From the NCBI GenBank assembly GCA_036398675.1, contig DASWOQ010000082.1, positions 20,747 through 84,746 of the forward strand: a stretch of 64,000 bases of DNA. The letters run 5' to 3'. The translations under genes were made by a program, and so were the position numbers. Each line of letters begins with the position of its first letter. Within the stretch, counting starts at the first letter, position 1. Positions 1 through 9,870 of the stretch are shown piece by piece. The notes below the pieces were generated by a model, which saw nothing but the letters and a program-made list of their open reading frames with translations, was not told where the DNA came from and did no database searches. Origin of the DNA: Rhodanobacter sp. (lineage in GTDB: Bacteria; Pseudomonadota; Gammaproteobacteria; Xanthomonadales; Rhodanobacteraceae).

Positions 1-568
1 AAAAGCGCTTCAACGACAGGTCGCCCACCAGCCCGACTTGCCAGAGCACCAGATAGCCTGCCGGGTCGATCCGTCGTTCATAGAAAAGCAGTTGGCTAGC
101 CTCGAAGTGCTGGCATCCGAAACGGCCCGGATCGATGCCCAGATCGGCATACAGGCAGTCTTCGGCGGAAATGCCCGGTTCCATGTACGCAGGGAAGCCT
201 TCCGCACGGGCTACTTCGATGGCCTTGTGCGGCGACCATGCAAAGATGCCGGGGTGACCGTAGAAGACCCCGCAGACCTTCTTGCCGGCGCGTACCTCGG
301 TCATCATCAGATCGACCCATTGGCGATAGGTCTTCATTCGCGACTTGCCTTCGGCGTAGTAAGGCTGAAGGCTGCGTACATCCGGGTGCATGCGTTGCAG
401 CCACAACTCCACGACGCCATCGGAAAGTGCCGCAAACACCACGTCGGCCTGTTCGATATGGTTGCGCGCCAGCGGCGTGAGGTGAGAGCCTAGGGTCATG
501 CCCATGCCGACGCAGGCCAGGCTGCCGCGTTGAGGGACGTTTGAAGCTAGGGGAGTCGTTGTATTCAT
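1..568 (-). CDS. Borosin-family peptide alpha-N-methyltransferase (SonM/OphMA-like tetrapyrrole-methylase fold), 3' end truncated by window edge
   Basis: Manual translation from ATG at 568, open to the edge: MNTTTPLASNVPQRGSLACVGMGMTLGSHLTPLARNHIEQADVVF...SLQPYYAEGKSRMKTYRQW...FYGHPGIFAW...MEPGISAEDCLYADLGIDPGRFGCQHFEASQLLF...LVLWQVG. Matches borosin MT motifs. Not in ORF track because the stop is off-window. Confidence 0.88.
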   Translation of the reverse strand, partial: MNTTTPLASNVPQRGSLACVGMGMTLGSHLTPLARNHIEQADVVFAALSDGVVELWLQRMHPDVRSLQPYYAEGKSRMKTYRQWVDLMMTEVRAGKKVCGVFYGHPGIFAWSPHKAIEVARAEGFPAYMEPGISAEDCLYADLGIDPGRFGCQHFEASQLLFYERRIDPAGYLVLWQVGLVGDLSLKRF

Positions 569-673
569 CGGCTGATAGTAGGGCAACTCCGGCGATGGAG
601 TACGACGGGGAGGCCCGGGGATGGAGTGCACTTTCTCAAACAAGTCGCCCCCAATCCTTGCTCTGATTTCGGT

Positions 674-1516
674 TCAGCGCCGTGTCGCCAGCACCCCGTC
701 CAGCGCCAGCTGCGCCTTGAAGCCTGCTTTCTCCAGCCGCTTCGCCACTTCGCGCGGCACATCGCGGCCGCTGGTGAGCTTGTTCGGGCTGCCGGTGTAG
801 TGAAACAGGCGCCCGCCTCGGCGCAGCACGCGCGCCAACTGATCGTAGAACGCCTGCGAGTAAAGCTCGCCGGCGATGCCGAAGCGCGGCGGGTCGTGTA
901 GCAGCGCATCCACCGATGCGTCGGCAAGTTGCGTGATCGCCTGCGACACGTCGGCGTGGTTGAGCCGCAGACGGCCGCCATGGGAGGGCGCGTCCGGATC
1001 CGGCGACCACGGGTTGAGCGTTCGCAGCCACAGCACATCGGCGTTCTTCTCGAACGAATCGATGCGCGCCGCGCCGGATGCCAAACAGCATGCTGCGAAG
1101 TAGCCCAGGCCGCCGCAGGTATCGAGCACCACTTTGTCGCGTGGCTCGATCAGCGCCACCTTGCGGCGTGCGTCCTCGAACGGCGACTCCTTCGACGTCG
1201 GCAGCATCTTGATGCCGTCGATCTCGAAGGTGGGCGCCCCCCATTCGGTGGGCACCAGCTTGATCAGCGAGCCGGAGAAGCGCGAGACGGGCATGAAGTC
1301 GTCGCCGTCCCAGTAGTGGATCGTACGGTCCTTCAGCGTGGACGGATACGGATAGCGCTGCCCGCGCCAGCACCAGGCCTCCGCCTCCAGCGTTGCATTG
1401 CCGGTCGAGATTCCCAGGTCCAGCGAGCCGGTCCATTCCCCTGCACTGGCATCGCGCGCGTGCAGCAATGCCTCGGCCATCGGGCGCGTGAGCAGGGGGC
1501 CGGCATAGTGCGACAC
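674..1516 (-). CDS. Class I SAM-dependent methyltransferase (COG2521-like)
   Basis: VLDTCGGLGY SAM motif I, PTFEIDGIKM, HDPPRF motif; GTG start at 1516 with AAGGAG upstream. Confidence 0.8.
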   Translation of the reverse strand: MSHYAGPLLTRPMAEALLHARDASAGEWTGSLDLGISTGNATLEAEAWCWRGQRYPYPSTLKDRTIHYWDGDDFMPVSRFSGSLIKLVPTEWGAPTFEIDGIKMLPTSKESPFEDARRKVALIEPRDKVVLDTCGGLGYFAACCLASGAARIDSFEKNADVLWLRTLNPWSPDPDAPSHGGRLRLNHADVSQAITQLADASVDALLHDPPRFGIAGELYSQAFYDQLARVLRRGGRLFHYTGSPNKLTSGRDVPREVAKRLEKAGFKAQLALDGVLATRR

Positions 1517-1720
1517 GTCGGGCAATCTCCTTGAACGGCGACAGTTGGCCGCAACGTGGCGAAGGGACGGCATCGTAACCCACTGGTGTCGCCACCGCGG
1601 AGGGCGAAGTCTCTCCGATGCGCGGTCTGGAGTCGCCGGGATGGCGGTGACGAAGCCTGGCGAGTCCGGAAAAGAGCGCCCGCGGCTATACTTCGCAGCC
1701 CACCGGATGACCAGAGAACG

Positions 1721-2068
1721 ATGATGGCCGACATTCCTCCTTGCCCGCAGTGTTCCATGGAAAACACCTACCCGGACGGCCAAATGCTGGTATGCGCCGA
1801 CTGCGGTCACGAGTGGTCAGCGGTGCCGGCCAGTGAGGCCGGCGATGGCGAGACGGTGGTGCGCGACGTCAACGGCAACGTGCTCAAAAGCGGCGACACG
1901 GTGACGGTCATCAAGGACCTCAAGGTGAAGGGCTCCTCGATCCCGCTCAAGCAGGGCACCGTGATCCGTTCCATTCGGCTGGTGGATGGCGACAGCGAGC
2001 ATATCGAAGGCAATTCGGAGAAGATCAAGGGGCTGGTGCTGAAGGTGTGCTTCCTGAAAAAGGCCTGA
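1721..2068 (+). CDS. yjdM: Zinc-ribbon protein YjdM/PhnA family
   Basis: CPQC...CADCGHEW zinc ribbon and DVNGNVLKSGDTVTVIKDLKVKG C-terminal domain. Confidence 0.9.
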   Translation: MMADIPPCPQCSMENTYPDGQMLVCADCGHEWSAVPASEAGDGETVVRDVNGNVLKSGDTVTVIKDLKVKGSSIPLKQGTVIRSIRLVDGDSEHIEGNSEKIKGLVLKVCFLKKA

Positions 2069-2274
2069 TTGTCTTTGGGAATCAGCTCGCCTTGAGCACG
2101 CGTCCGATTTCCTCAGGTCATTTGATCGGTTCTGCTTTCCGCCGTCGCTGATTTCCTATTGCGACGAGCCCGCGATTTGCACTCGGCTCTATTCCAGGAG
2201 GCGACTCATGCAGTGAGTCATGTGGCTCAGGTGGATATTGAGTGCGACTAAAAGAACGCGCGCCTGGCAGAAGG

Positions 2275-3528
2275 TCATTTCGGCACGAAAGGCGTCGTGG
2301 TGCTGCGGTCTGACCAGAAGCGCATATCGCCATAGGCCCACCGCCATGGCGCGCCGGTGGCGCCAAGCGCGAACTCGACCAGTTGCGGGAACGCACTTTC
2401 CGCCCGTACATCGTTGGAGAGGATGACCACGCACCGATGCCGGCGCTGCACGCACACGAAAGTATTGCCGGTGCTGTCGTTATGACCGCCCTTGATGAAG
2501 CCGCGGCCCTGCGCACCGTCGAACACGACGACGCCCAGGCCGGCTGCCAGGCCGGCTCGCCGTCGCGCCGGTGGCAGTGAAGGCTGCAGCGATGGAAATT
2601 CGCTGCCGGTGGTGATCGGCAGTTGCGGCGCGCGCAGTGCGGCGAAGCTCTTCGGCGTGAGCCCCTCGCCGCGCACATAGCCGGCGGCCAGGCGTGCCAT
2701 GTCGGCAATGGTGGTGTCCATCGAACCGGCCGCACGCACCTTGCTGCGCTGGTCGTGCGGATGCACCTGGCCGTCGCTGTCCCAGCCATCGGCCAGGTTG
2801 GCGGCGAACCGCGGGCGCCAGATCATGCTGGTGTCGCGCATGCCGAAACGGTCGAACACGCGGCGCTGCATTTCGGCACCGACGTCCAGGCCCAGTCCGC
2901 GCTCCAGCACGAACTGCAGCAGGATGATGCCTTCGCCCGAATAGGCGTAATGGCTGCCCGGCGTGAAATGAATGCGCAGCTTGCCGTCGGGCTCGAGGAA
3001 GGCGAAATTGGCGAAACCGGCGCTGTGCGTCAGCAGCATACGCGGCGTGATCTGCCGCCAGCGCGGGTCGTCGGCGAGTCCGTGCCACGGAGCGTAGCGG
3101 GGATCATCCGGGTAGCTCGGCAAGGGGCGATCGAGGTAGTCGGCGATCGGGCGATCCAGATCCAGCACGCCCTTGTCGACCAGTTGCATCACCGTATACG
3201 CGAATACCGCCTTGGTCAGCGACGCGCCGTACATGATCGTGTCGGTCTGCAGTGGATCACCGGCAGCGTTGCGCACGCCGAAGCTGCGCACGTAGGCGAC
3301 CCGGCCGTCCTCGATCACCGCCATCGCCAGGCCCCTGGCGTGCGTGGCGGTCATCGCGCTTGCGACCTCGGCATCCAGTTGCGCAGAACTGGGCGTGCCT
3401 GCGATCGCTGGCTGCAGCGCGATCGCGGCACTGGTGGCGATGCCCAGCAGTAATCGCCGGACGATCGATGATCCGCAGCGACCATGCGATCGCGTAGCCA
3501 TCTCTGTTTCAGCCGGCATGTTCGACAT
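2275..3528 (-). CDS. Secreted serine hydrolase (beta-lactamase class C / esterase family)
   Basis: SxxK motif (ASLTK), LLTHSAG, YAYSGEG; signal-peptide-like N-terminus; start may be 3501. Confidence 0.85.
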   Translation of the reverse strand: MSNMPAETEMATRSHGRCGSSIVRRLLLGIATSAAIALQPAIAGTPSSAQLDAEVASAMTATHARGLAMAVIEDGRVAYVRSFGVRNAAGDPLQTDTIMYGASLTKAVFAYTVMQLVDKGVLDLDRPIADYLDRPLPSYPDDPRYAPWHGLADDPRWRQITPRMLLTHSAGFANFAFLEPDGKLRIHFTPGSHYAYSGEGIILLQFVLERGLGLDVGAEMQRRVFDRFGMRDTSMIWRPRFAANLADGWDSDGQVHPHDQRSKVRAAGSMDTTIADMARLAAGYVRGEGLTPKSFAALRAPQLPITTGSEFPSLQPSLPPARRRAGLAAGLGVVVFDGAQGRGFIKGGHNDSTGNTFVCVQRRHRCVVILSNDVRAESAFPQLVEFALGATGAPWRWAYGDMRFWSDRSTTTPFVPK

Positions 3529-3600
3529 GTGCGTTCCTGGTGTGGGTGTTACTCCTGTTGACGTTCGAACCCGGGCTTTCTTACAGGCGATCGCCGTACC

Positions 3601-4479
3601 TCAGCTCGATGCTTTCCACGACGCTGCGGTTTCCCTGGCGAACTCGCGGTACGCGCGCGGTGCGTGTCCGAGGATGCCGGTCATGATGTCGATGGCGCCG
3701 GGCTTGGGCAGCATGCCGTCGCTCTGGAAGCGCGTGAGCATCAGGCGGATGTCGTAGGCGGACCACGACGGCGCGCGGCTGGCCATGTTCTTTTCGAAGC
3801 CGGGCAGGTCGTTGCCGCCGTAGGCGACCGGCTTGCCGAGGACTTCGGACCAGATCGCCGCGGCGTCGTTTCCGGTGAGCGCGTCCGGCCCGACCAGTTC
3901 GATCACTTCGCGCGGCAGCGGCGTGGCGGACTGTTCGCGGCGCAGCAGCGAGGCGACCGCGATATCCGCGATATCGCGCGTATCGACCATCGACACGCCG
4001 CGGTCGCCGAGCGGCATCGGGTACACGCCGTTCTCCAGCGCGCCCTTCATCATCGCGTCGTTCTGCATGAAGTACGACGGACGCAGCACCGTCGCCGGCA
4101 GGTTGAGCTGTTCGATCGCACGCTCCACCGTGTACTTGCCGGTGAAGTGCGGCACATCGGTGAACACGTCGCTGTTATGCACCGAGAAATAGACGATGCG
4201 CTGGATATTCGCCTCGCGCGCGAGGTTCAGCGTGATCAGTGCCTGGGTCACTTCGTCGGCGACCACGGCGTTGAGCAGGAACAGCGTGTCGATGCCTTTC
4301 AGCGCGGCGCGCATGGATTCCACGTCGGTCATTTCGCCGGCGACGGCGCGAACGCCCTTGGGAAAGCTGGCCTTGTCGGGGTTGCGGGTCAGCGCGTGGA
4401 CGGTGGCGTTGCGTGCGACCAGCCCATTGACCACCTGGCTGCCAATGGCGCCGGTGCTTCCGGTGACGAGAATGCTCAT
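3601..4479 (-). CDS. NmrA-family NAD(P)-binding protein
   Basis: ILVTGSTGAIG Rossmann motif, LRPSYFMQN, VDTRDIA. Confidence 0.88.
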   Translation of the reverse strand: MSILVTGSTGAIGSQVVNGLVARNATVHALTRNPDKASFPKGVRAVAGEMTDVESMRAALKGIDTLFLLNAVVADEVTQALITLNLAREANIQRIVYFSVHNSDVFTDVPHFTGKYTVERAIEQLNLPATVLRPSYFMQNDAMMKGALENGVYPMPLGDRGVSMVDTRDIADIAVASLLRREQSATPLPREVIELVGPDALTGNDAAAIWSEVLGKPVAYGGNDLPGFEKNMASRAPSWSAYDIRLMLTRFQSDGMLPKPGAIDIMTGILGHAPRAYREFARETAASWKASS

Positions 4480-4579
4480 GTCGGTACTCCTTTTGTATCT
4501 GGGAAGGGGGTTTGGATCAGGTACGGAGCTACCTTGACTGTTTCATCGAAGGAACGAAAGGCGCAAAATTGATACGCCA

Positions 4580-4597
4580 CGTACCAAGAATGGAACG
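4580..4597. promoter_or_regulatory. Possible LysR binding site in divergent promoter
   Basis: Imperfect inverted repeat cgtaccaagaatggaacg just upstream of the LysR ATG. Confidence 0.4.
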
Positions 4598-4600
4598 CGT

Positions 4601-5509
4601 ATGGATCTTGAAGCCCTGGTCGATTTCAATGCGGTGGCCAGCCACGGCGGTTTCAGCCATGCCAGCCGGGCGACCGGCCGCCCCAAGGCCAGCTTGTCCC
4701 GGCGCATCCGGCAACTGGAAGACACGCTGGGCGTGCGCCTGATCGAACGTGGTGCCCGCACGCTGCGGCTTACCGAAGAAGGCACCGCACTGCACGAACA
4801 GACCTCCGAGCTGCTCGATCGCATCGACGACATCAAGCAGGCGCTGATGGGCAACGTCGGCCTGCCGCACGGTCGCCTGCGCATCAATGCACCGGTGCTT
4901 TTCGCGCAACGCGGGCTGGGCCGCATCGCGGCGCGCTACGCCGCGGCCTATCCCGACGTGCAACTGGAAATCACCGCCGACGATCGCTTCATCGACCCGC
5001 TGGTGGAAGGCTACGATCTGGTGATCCGCGCCAATCCGAAGCCGACCACCGAGCTGGCCGGCCGCTGCTTTCTACGCGACGAGCTGATCGTGGTGGCGCA
5101 TCCGTCGATCGGCCGCCCCGATGCCGGCGCCGATGCCGGCCCGATACCCGCGGTGATCCTGTCGGGCACGTCCGAAGATATGTTTTGGAACATCAAGCGC
5201 GATGGCCAGACGCAGGCATTGCATACGCGCGCATCGCTGCGGTTGTCGTCCATGACGATGGTGCACGATGCCGTGCTCGATGCTGCGGGCATCGCGATGA
5301 TGCCGCGCTCGCTGGTGCAGCCCGACGTGGATGCCGGCCGCTTGCTCGACTGGGGCAATGCCGTGGGACGCGGCATCGAAGTATGGGCGCTGTATCCGCC
5401 GCACCGTCATGTCAGCCGCAAAGTCTCCGCGTTCATCCGCATGCTGACCGAACAGTTCGTCGATGGATCGCCCGACGGATTCCGGCAACTGCTGCGGTCG
5501 GCGGCCTGA
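4601..5509 (+). CDS. LysR-family transcriptional regulator
   Basis: N-terminal HTH (GGFSHASRA...LSRRIRQLEDTLGVRLIER), 302 aa, divergent from NmrA gene. Confidence 0.93.
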   Translation: MDLEALVDFNAVASHGGFSHASRATGRPKASLSRRIRQLEDTLGVRLIERGARTLRLTEEGTALHEQTSELLDRIDDIKQALMGNVGLPHGRLRINAPVLFAQRGLGRIAARYAAAYPDVQLEITADDRFIDPLVEGYDLVIRANPKPTTELAGRCFLRDELIVVAHPSIGRPDAGADAGPIPAVILSGTSEDMFWNIKRDGQTQALHTRASLRLSSMTMVHDAVLDAAGIAMMPRSLVQPDVDAGRLLDWGNAVGRGIEVWALYPPHRHVSRKVSAFIRMLTEQFVDGSPDGFRQLLRSAA

Positions 5510-5636
5510 ATCGAAATGCGCTCTGCCGAAGCGCTTGCAACTGCTTTACCCTGGCGATATCAGAAACAAGGATCCGATGCAGCGTAGTGTGTAACCTTGC
5601 CCGTTCCTTCTGAACGACATCATTGCGGGATACCAC

Positions 5637-6188
5637 ATGCACAACGTAGCCGTTCTGGTCGGTAGTCTCCGTCACGGATCCAACAGCATCAAACTTGCCA
5701 GGGCGCTAGAGAAGCTCGGCGCCGGCAGTTTTGCGTTCCGGTATCCGGACCTCGACCTGCCGCTTTACAACGAGGATTTGTGGAAGGAGCCGCCCCTCAG
5801 CGTACTGCGCATGAAGAAGGACATCGAAACCGCCGACGCGGTGTTGTTCGTCACGCCCGAGTACAACCGGTCCATTCCGCCGGTGATCAAGAACGCCATT
5901 GATTGGGGATCGCGCCCGTGGGGACAGAGCTCGTGGACGGCCAAGCCGACCGGGATCGTTGGAAGCTCCGGCGGCAGCATCGGCTCGGCGGCGGCACAGG
6001 CGCATCTGCGCAGCATCGTCATCCCGCTGCAGATGATCCTGATGGGGCAGCCGGAGGTCTATTTCGTATTCAAGCCGGATGCGATCGACGAGCAGGGAGA
6101 AGTGGCGGACGAAAGCGCACGGATTTTCTTCAAGGGTTATCTCGATCGGTTCTCGACGTGGATCGACGCCACGGGAAAGCGTGGATGA
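5637..6188 (+). CDS. NADPH-dependent FMN reductase (ChrR/YieF-like)
   Basis: [31 protein letters not shown] motifs. Confidence 0.9.
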   Translation: MHNVAVLVGSLRHGSNSIKLARALEKLGAGSFAFRYPDLDLPLYNEDLWKEPPLSVLRMKKDIETADAVLFVTPEYNRSIPPVIKNAIDWGSRPWGQSSWTAKPTGIVGSSGGSIGSAAAQAHLRSIVIPLQMILMGQPEVYFVFKPDAIDEQGEVADESARIFFKGYLDRFSTWIDATGKRG

Positions 6189-6321
6189 AATAAAGGCATC
6201 CAGTCTCCACGGCGTGGAGTCCACTACCTTGAGACATCGGCCGGGTAGCCGCATTGTGGAAGGACGCGGCGGCAGCATCGGATCGCCTGCCGTTTCACAC
6301 AGGAATCGAGGGAGACAACGC

Positions 6322-6858
6322 ATGACCACGACCAACGAACGCGCCGTGCTGGCGGGGGGCTGCTTCTGGGGCGTGCAGGATCTGCTGCGCCGCTACCCGG
6401 GGGTGGTCTCCACCCGCGTGGGCTACACCGGCGGCGAGGTGCCGCATGCTACCTATCGCAACCACGGCAATCACGCCGAAGGCATCGAGATCATCTTCGA
6501 TCCGTCGGTGCTGAGTTACCGCACGCTGCTCGAATTCTTTTTCCAGATCCACGATCCATCCACGCCGAACCGGCAGGGCAATGACCTGGGTCCGTCGTAC
6601 CGGTCGGCCATTTTCTATACCTCGCAGGCGCAGAAGGAAATCGCCGAGGACACCATCGCCGACGTCGATGCCTCCGGACTGTGGCCCGGCAAGGTGGTGA
6701 CGGAGCTTTCGCCCGCCGGCGATTTCTGGGAAGCCGAGCCCGAGCACCAGGACTACCTCGAGCATTTCCCCAACGGCTACACCTGCCATTTCGTGCGGCC
6801 GGGCTGGAAACTGCCGCATCGCAAGGCAGCCGCCGGCGAAAGCAACACGGCAGCATGA
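6322..6858 (+). CDS. msrA: Peptide methionine (S)-sulfoxide reductase
   Basis: AGGCFWG active site, [24 protein letters not shown]; GAGGGAG RBS. Confidence 0.95.
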   Translation: MTTTNERAVLAGGCFWGVQDLLRRYPGVVSTRVGYTGGEVPHATYRNHGNHAEGIEIIFDPSVLSYRTLLEFFFQIHDPSTPNRQGNDLGPSYRSAIFYTSQAQKEIAEDTIADVDASGLWPGKVVTELSPAGDFWEAEPEHQDYLEHFPNGYTCHFVRPGWKLPHRKAAAGESNTAA

Positions 6859-7502
6859 GCGAAGCGTCCGCTCCGTGCATCGTCGGGCGCAGCAGCTCGC
6901 ACTTCACCCGGCTGGTGCGTGTCTTCGCAGTGGAGCTGGGTGTCGCCTGCGAATTCCAGCCGGTGTTCGATCTTTCGTCGCTGGACATGGACGATTACGC
7001 GGGCAATCCGGCGCTCAAGCTGCCGGTGCTGAAAGTGGGCGGCGCGACGATCTTCGGTGCCGGGAACATCTGCCGCATGCTGGCGGAACTGGCGCCGGAA
7101 TCGCGGCGGATCATCTGGCCCGAGGACACGCTCGACGTGCCGGCGCGCAATGCGCAGGAGCTTGTCTGGCACGCGATGCAGGCGCAGGTGCAACTCGGCT
7201 TCGGTACGCAGATCGCCAAGCTGCCGTTCGACGGCATCTACTTCGCCAAGGCGGCCGCGGGTTTGCGCAACTCGCTGGAGTGGCTCGACGAAAGGGCGCC
7301 ATCGGTTATCGATGCATTGCCGCCGCATGACATCAGCATGTTCGAAGCGTCGCTGTTCTGCCTCATCGAACACCTCGCTTTTCGCCCGACATCGGTGGTT
7401 CCGCTGCAACCGTATGGCCGCCTGAATCTTTTCGCGCGCGAGTTCGGCATGCGGGCGTCGGCACAGGACACGCCGTACAGGTTCGATGCGCCGTCGGCGT
7501 AA
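6855..7502 (+). CDS. Glutathione S-transferase-like protein
   Basis: [24 protein letters not shown] motifs; ATGA overlap with msrA stop. Confidence 0.75.
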   Translation: MSEASAPCIVGRSSSHFTRLVRVFAVELGVACEFQPVFDLSSLDMDDYAGNPALKLPVLKVGGATIFGAGNICRMLAELAPESRRIIWPEDTLDVPARNAQELVWHAMQAQVQLGFGTQIAKLPFDGIYFAKAAAGLRNSLEWLDERAPSVIDALPPHDISMFEASLFCLIEHLAFRPTSVVPLQPYGRLNLFAREFGMRASAQDTPYRFDAPSA

Positions 7503-7587
7503 CAGGCGAGGGTGACGCGTCGTCCGTTACGCCGGCGGGTGGTTTGTGTCTAGGCGGATTCGCGCGGTGTTCCACGCGAACCGTCGA

Positions 7588-8307
7588 TCAGCCCAGCGTG
7601 GCGACCACCGAGGGGAAGATGGCTTCGTACGCTTCGCCATAGGTCATCGGCACGCCCGAGTTGCGCCCGCCCTGCACGCCACGCTGCAGCGCGACGCGGG
7701 TGTAGTACTCCCACAGGTGCTCCTGGCCCTGCATGCATTCGATCGCGGCGCGTTTCTGCTCCCAGACTTCGGTGATGTTGAGGATGGTGTTCGGCTTCCA
7801 GCCGCACTGTTCCGGCTGGTGCGGTTCGAACAGGTAGACCTGTGGTGCGCCGATCACCGGCACCTCGGGCTGATGCCCGTGCGCCTGGGCGACGATGCGC
7901 GCTTCCTGGGCGAACGCACTGACCGCGACGTGGTCGGCGTTGTAGGGATCCATGCGTGAGTGCGTCGTGGTCCAGCTGGGCCGTACCGCGCGATGCAGAT
8001 CGGCCAGCCGGAACAGCGACTCGCGATCCAGCGTGATCGGATAGTCGCCCAGGTCCCAGAACTGGATATCGGCGACGCCCAGATGCCTGGCGGCATTCTC
8101 GGCCTCCTTCTGGCGCTCGACCTTGACTCTGGCGAGGTTCATGTCCGGCTTTTTCCACAATTTGGCCGATTCGCCACGTTCGCCGTAGGAGAGGCAGACC
8201 ACGGTGACATCCCAGCCGGCGGCCTTGTGCAGTGCGATCGCGCCGCCGGCACGCCAGACGAAGTCGGCCGAGTGTGCGCTGATGACCAATGCTGTCTTGT
8301 TCGTCAT
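7588..8307 (-). CDS. galB: 4-oxalomesaconate/4-carboxy-2-hydroxymuconate hydratase (PIG-L family)
   Basis: ALVISAHSADFVWRAGGAIA, GERGESAKLW, FEPHQPEQC, GQEHLWEYYTRVALQRG; closely matches the Pseudomonas GalB signature as I recall it. Confidence 0.9.
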   Translation of the reverse strand: MTNKTALVISAHSADFVWRAGGAIALHKAAGWDVTVVCLSYGERGESAKLWKKPDMNLARVKVERQKEAENAARHLGVADIQFWDLGDYPITLDRESLFRLADLHRAVRPSWTTTHSRMDPYNADHVAVSAFAQEARIVAQAHGHQPEVPVIGAPQVYLFEPHQPEQCGWKPNTILNITEVWEQKRAAIECMQGQEHLWEYYTRVALQRGVQGGRNSGVPMTYGEAYEAIFPSVVATLG

Positions 8308-8335
8308 GCTCAGTTCCGTTCTTGAGGGATGGGGA

Positions 8336-9775
8336 TCAGTCGCCTGCGGCGGCTTTTTCGAAGCCAAGCATGTTGCCGATGTCCATGCGCAGGCTCACGC
8401 CATACGTGAACATGTTCTTCGGGAAGATCTTGGTCGTGGTGATGCTCGAGTTGTCCGGGTGCACGATGTACTGGATGCTCGGCATCAGCTCCAGCCCGCG
8501 CGCGACATGCCAGCCGTAGCTCAGCTCGTACGCTGTCTGGTGGGCGGCGTTGGTGCCGTGGCCGCCTTTCTTGATGCGCGCGTCGCGCAGGAATTCCCGT
8601 TCGCGCGGGGTCAGTTCGAATTCCGAGACCTGGAAATTGAAGGTGTCGTGGGGGCGCGCGGCGAACAGCCCGGTCCAGACGAAGCCGGTATAGATCTGCT
8701 GGCGCATGATCTCGGATTCGTCGAGCTGCTGGACCATGCCGCCGAAGACGTTGAGGCTCTCCGAGCTGCCGTCGTACGGACGGTAGACCACGCGATCGCC
8801 CATCACGTACACGCCGTCGCGGCTGCTGTTCACGGTACGGGCGGTACCGCCGTACAGCGCCTTCGAACGGCCGACGGTATTGAAGTACGGATCGGTCAGC
8901 GGCGCGGTGCTGAGGAACGCGCCGGCCTTCAGTTCGAACGGATAGCGATAGGTACCCGGGTCGGATTTCTGCCAGGCCCATTCCAGCGGCACGGTGACAC
9001 CGTTGGCGTTGGCGATCGACCAGTCCAGACCATTGCTGGCGGAGGTGGTCGGGTTGACCTCGAACACGCCGGTTTCCAGGTAGGTGTGTTCGGTCGGATG
9101 AACCTTGACGTTCGCGCCCCAGGTGGCCGATGGCAGCAGGCTGAAGCCGGCTTCCGAAACCAGGATGCGTGGCTCGCCGCAGGTGTCGGCCGATTCGAAC
9201 TGGCAGTTGGTGACGAGATGGCCGTAATAAGTGGTGGTGCCCAACCGGCCGACCACGATGTCGAGCTTGTCGTCGAACAATTTCTGTTCGTACGCAAACA
9301 GGCCCAGGTGCCAGCGGTAGAACTCGTTCTTGTAGATGTACTGCTGCTTGGTGAAGGTGCCGGTCACGTACTTGTTGAGGCTCTGGCCGTAGTCGCGATA
9401 CACGGTGAAGTGGAACGAGCCGCCGCTCAGGCCCCAGAGCGTGCCAAGGTCGAAGTCGGCACCGATGTTGAACTGGCCGACGTTGGTGTGGCCCTGATGA
9501 ATGCCGCCGCTGACGTTGTTCGCGTACTGGTTGATGAGGGCGCTGCGAAAGACGATGCCTTCGGATTTCAGCTTTTGGGCCAGTGGCGCCAGCGGGCCTT
9601 TGGATGCCGCCGGTTTGGACCCGTCAGTGTCGTCGGAGGTGTCGGCTGCCGGCTTGGCCGCTGCATCCACGTTCGTGGTGGCTGGCGCTGCGATGGTGGT
9701 TTGCGCCACGGCGGCAGTGGTGAAAGTTGCCGCTAGTGCAACAAGGATGGCGGAGCTGAGAGCAAAGCGATTCAT
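8336..9775 (-). CDS. OprB-family carbohydrate-selective porin
   Basis: Signal peptide, YEQKLFDDKLDIVVGR, C-terminal ELSYGWHV...MPSIQYIVHP beta-barrel pattern; GGAGG RBS before ATG 9775. Confidence 0.82.
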   Translation of the reverse strand: MNRFALSSAILVALAATFTTAAVAQTTIAAPATTNVDAAAKPAADTSDDTDGSKPAASKGPLAPLAQKLKSEGIVFRSALINQYANNVSGGIHQGHTNVGQFNIGADFDLGTLWGLSGGSFHFTVYRDYGQSLNKYVTGTFTKQQYIYKNEFYRWHLGLFAYEQKLFDDKLDIVVGRLGTTTYYGHLVTNCQFESADTCGEPRILVSEAGFSLLPSATWGANVKVHPTEHTYLETGVFEVNPTTSASNGLDWSIANANGVTVPLEWAWQKSDPGTYRYPFELKAGAFLSTAPLTDPYFNTVGRSKALYGGTARTVNSSRDGVYVMGDRVVYRPYDGSSESLNVFGGMVQQLDESEIMRQQIYTGFVWTGLFAARPHDTFNFQVSEFELTPREREFLRDARIKKGGHGTNAAHQTAYELSYGWHVARGLELMPSIQYIVHPDNSSITTTKIFPKNMFTYGVSLRMDIGNMLGFEKAAAGD

Positions 9776-9870
9776 GTGCATGATCCTCCCCGTCACGAAA
9801 CCCGAAGGCTTCGCGAGGCATTTGCTATTCATGGTGGTAGTCGGTCAGGCGGCGCGGGCCAAACGGCGGA

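Noticed and set aside
38-493. 151-aa + strand ORF and other short ORFs in 10-493
   Set aside because: Shadows of the minus-strand borosin methyltransferase frame
2220-2426. ORF containing VISARKA, similar to the BrnT toxin C-terminal motif
   Set aside because: The motif lies antisense to the serine hydrolase C-terminus; no other BrnT features and no antitoxin
8204-9736. Long antisense ORFs (8204-9736, 9880-11313, 28205-30241, 32444-34564, 46268-47710 and similar)
   Set aside because: Typical high-GC shadow frames opposite or overlapping genes with clear family motifs
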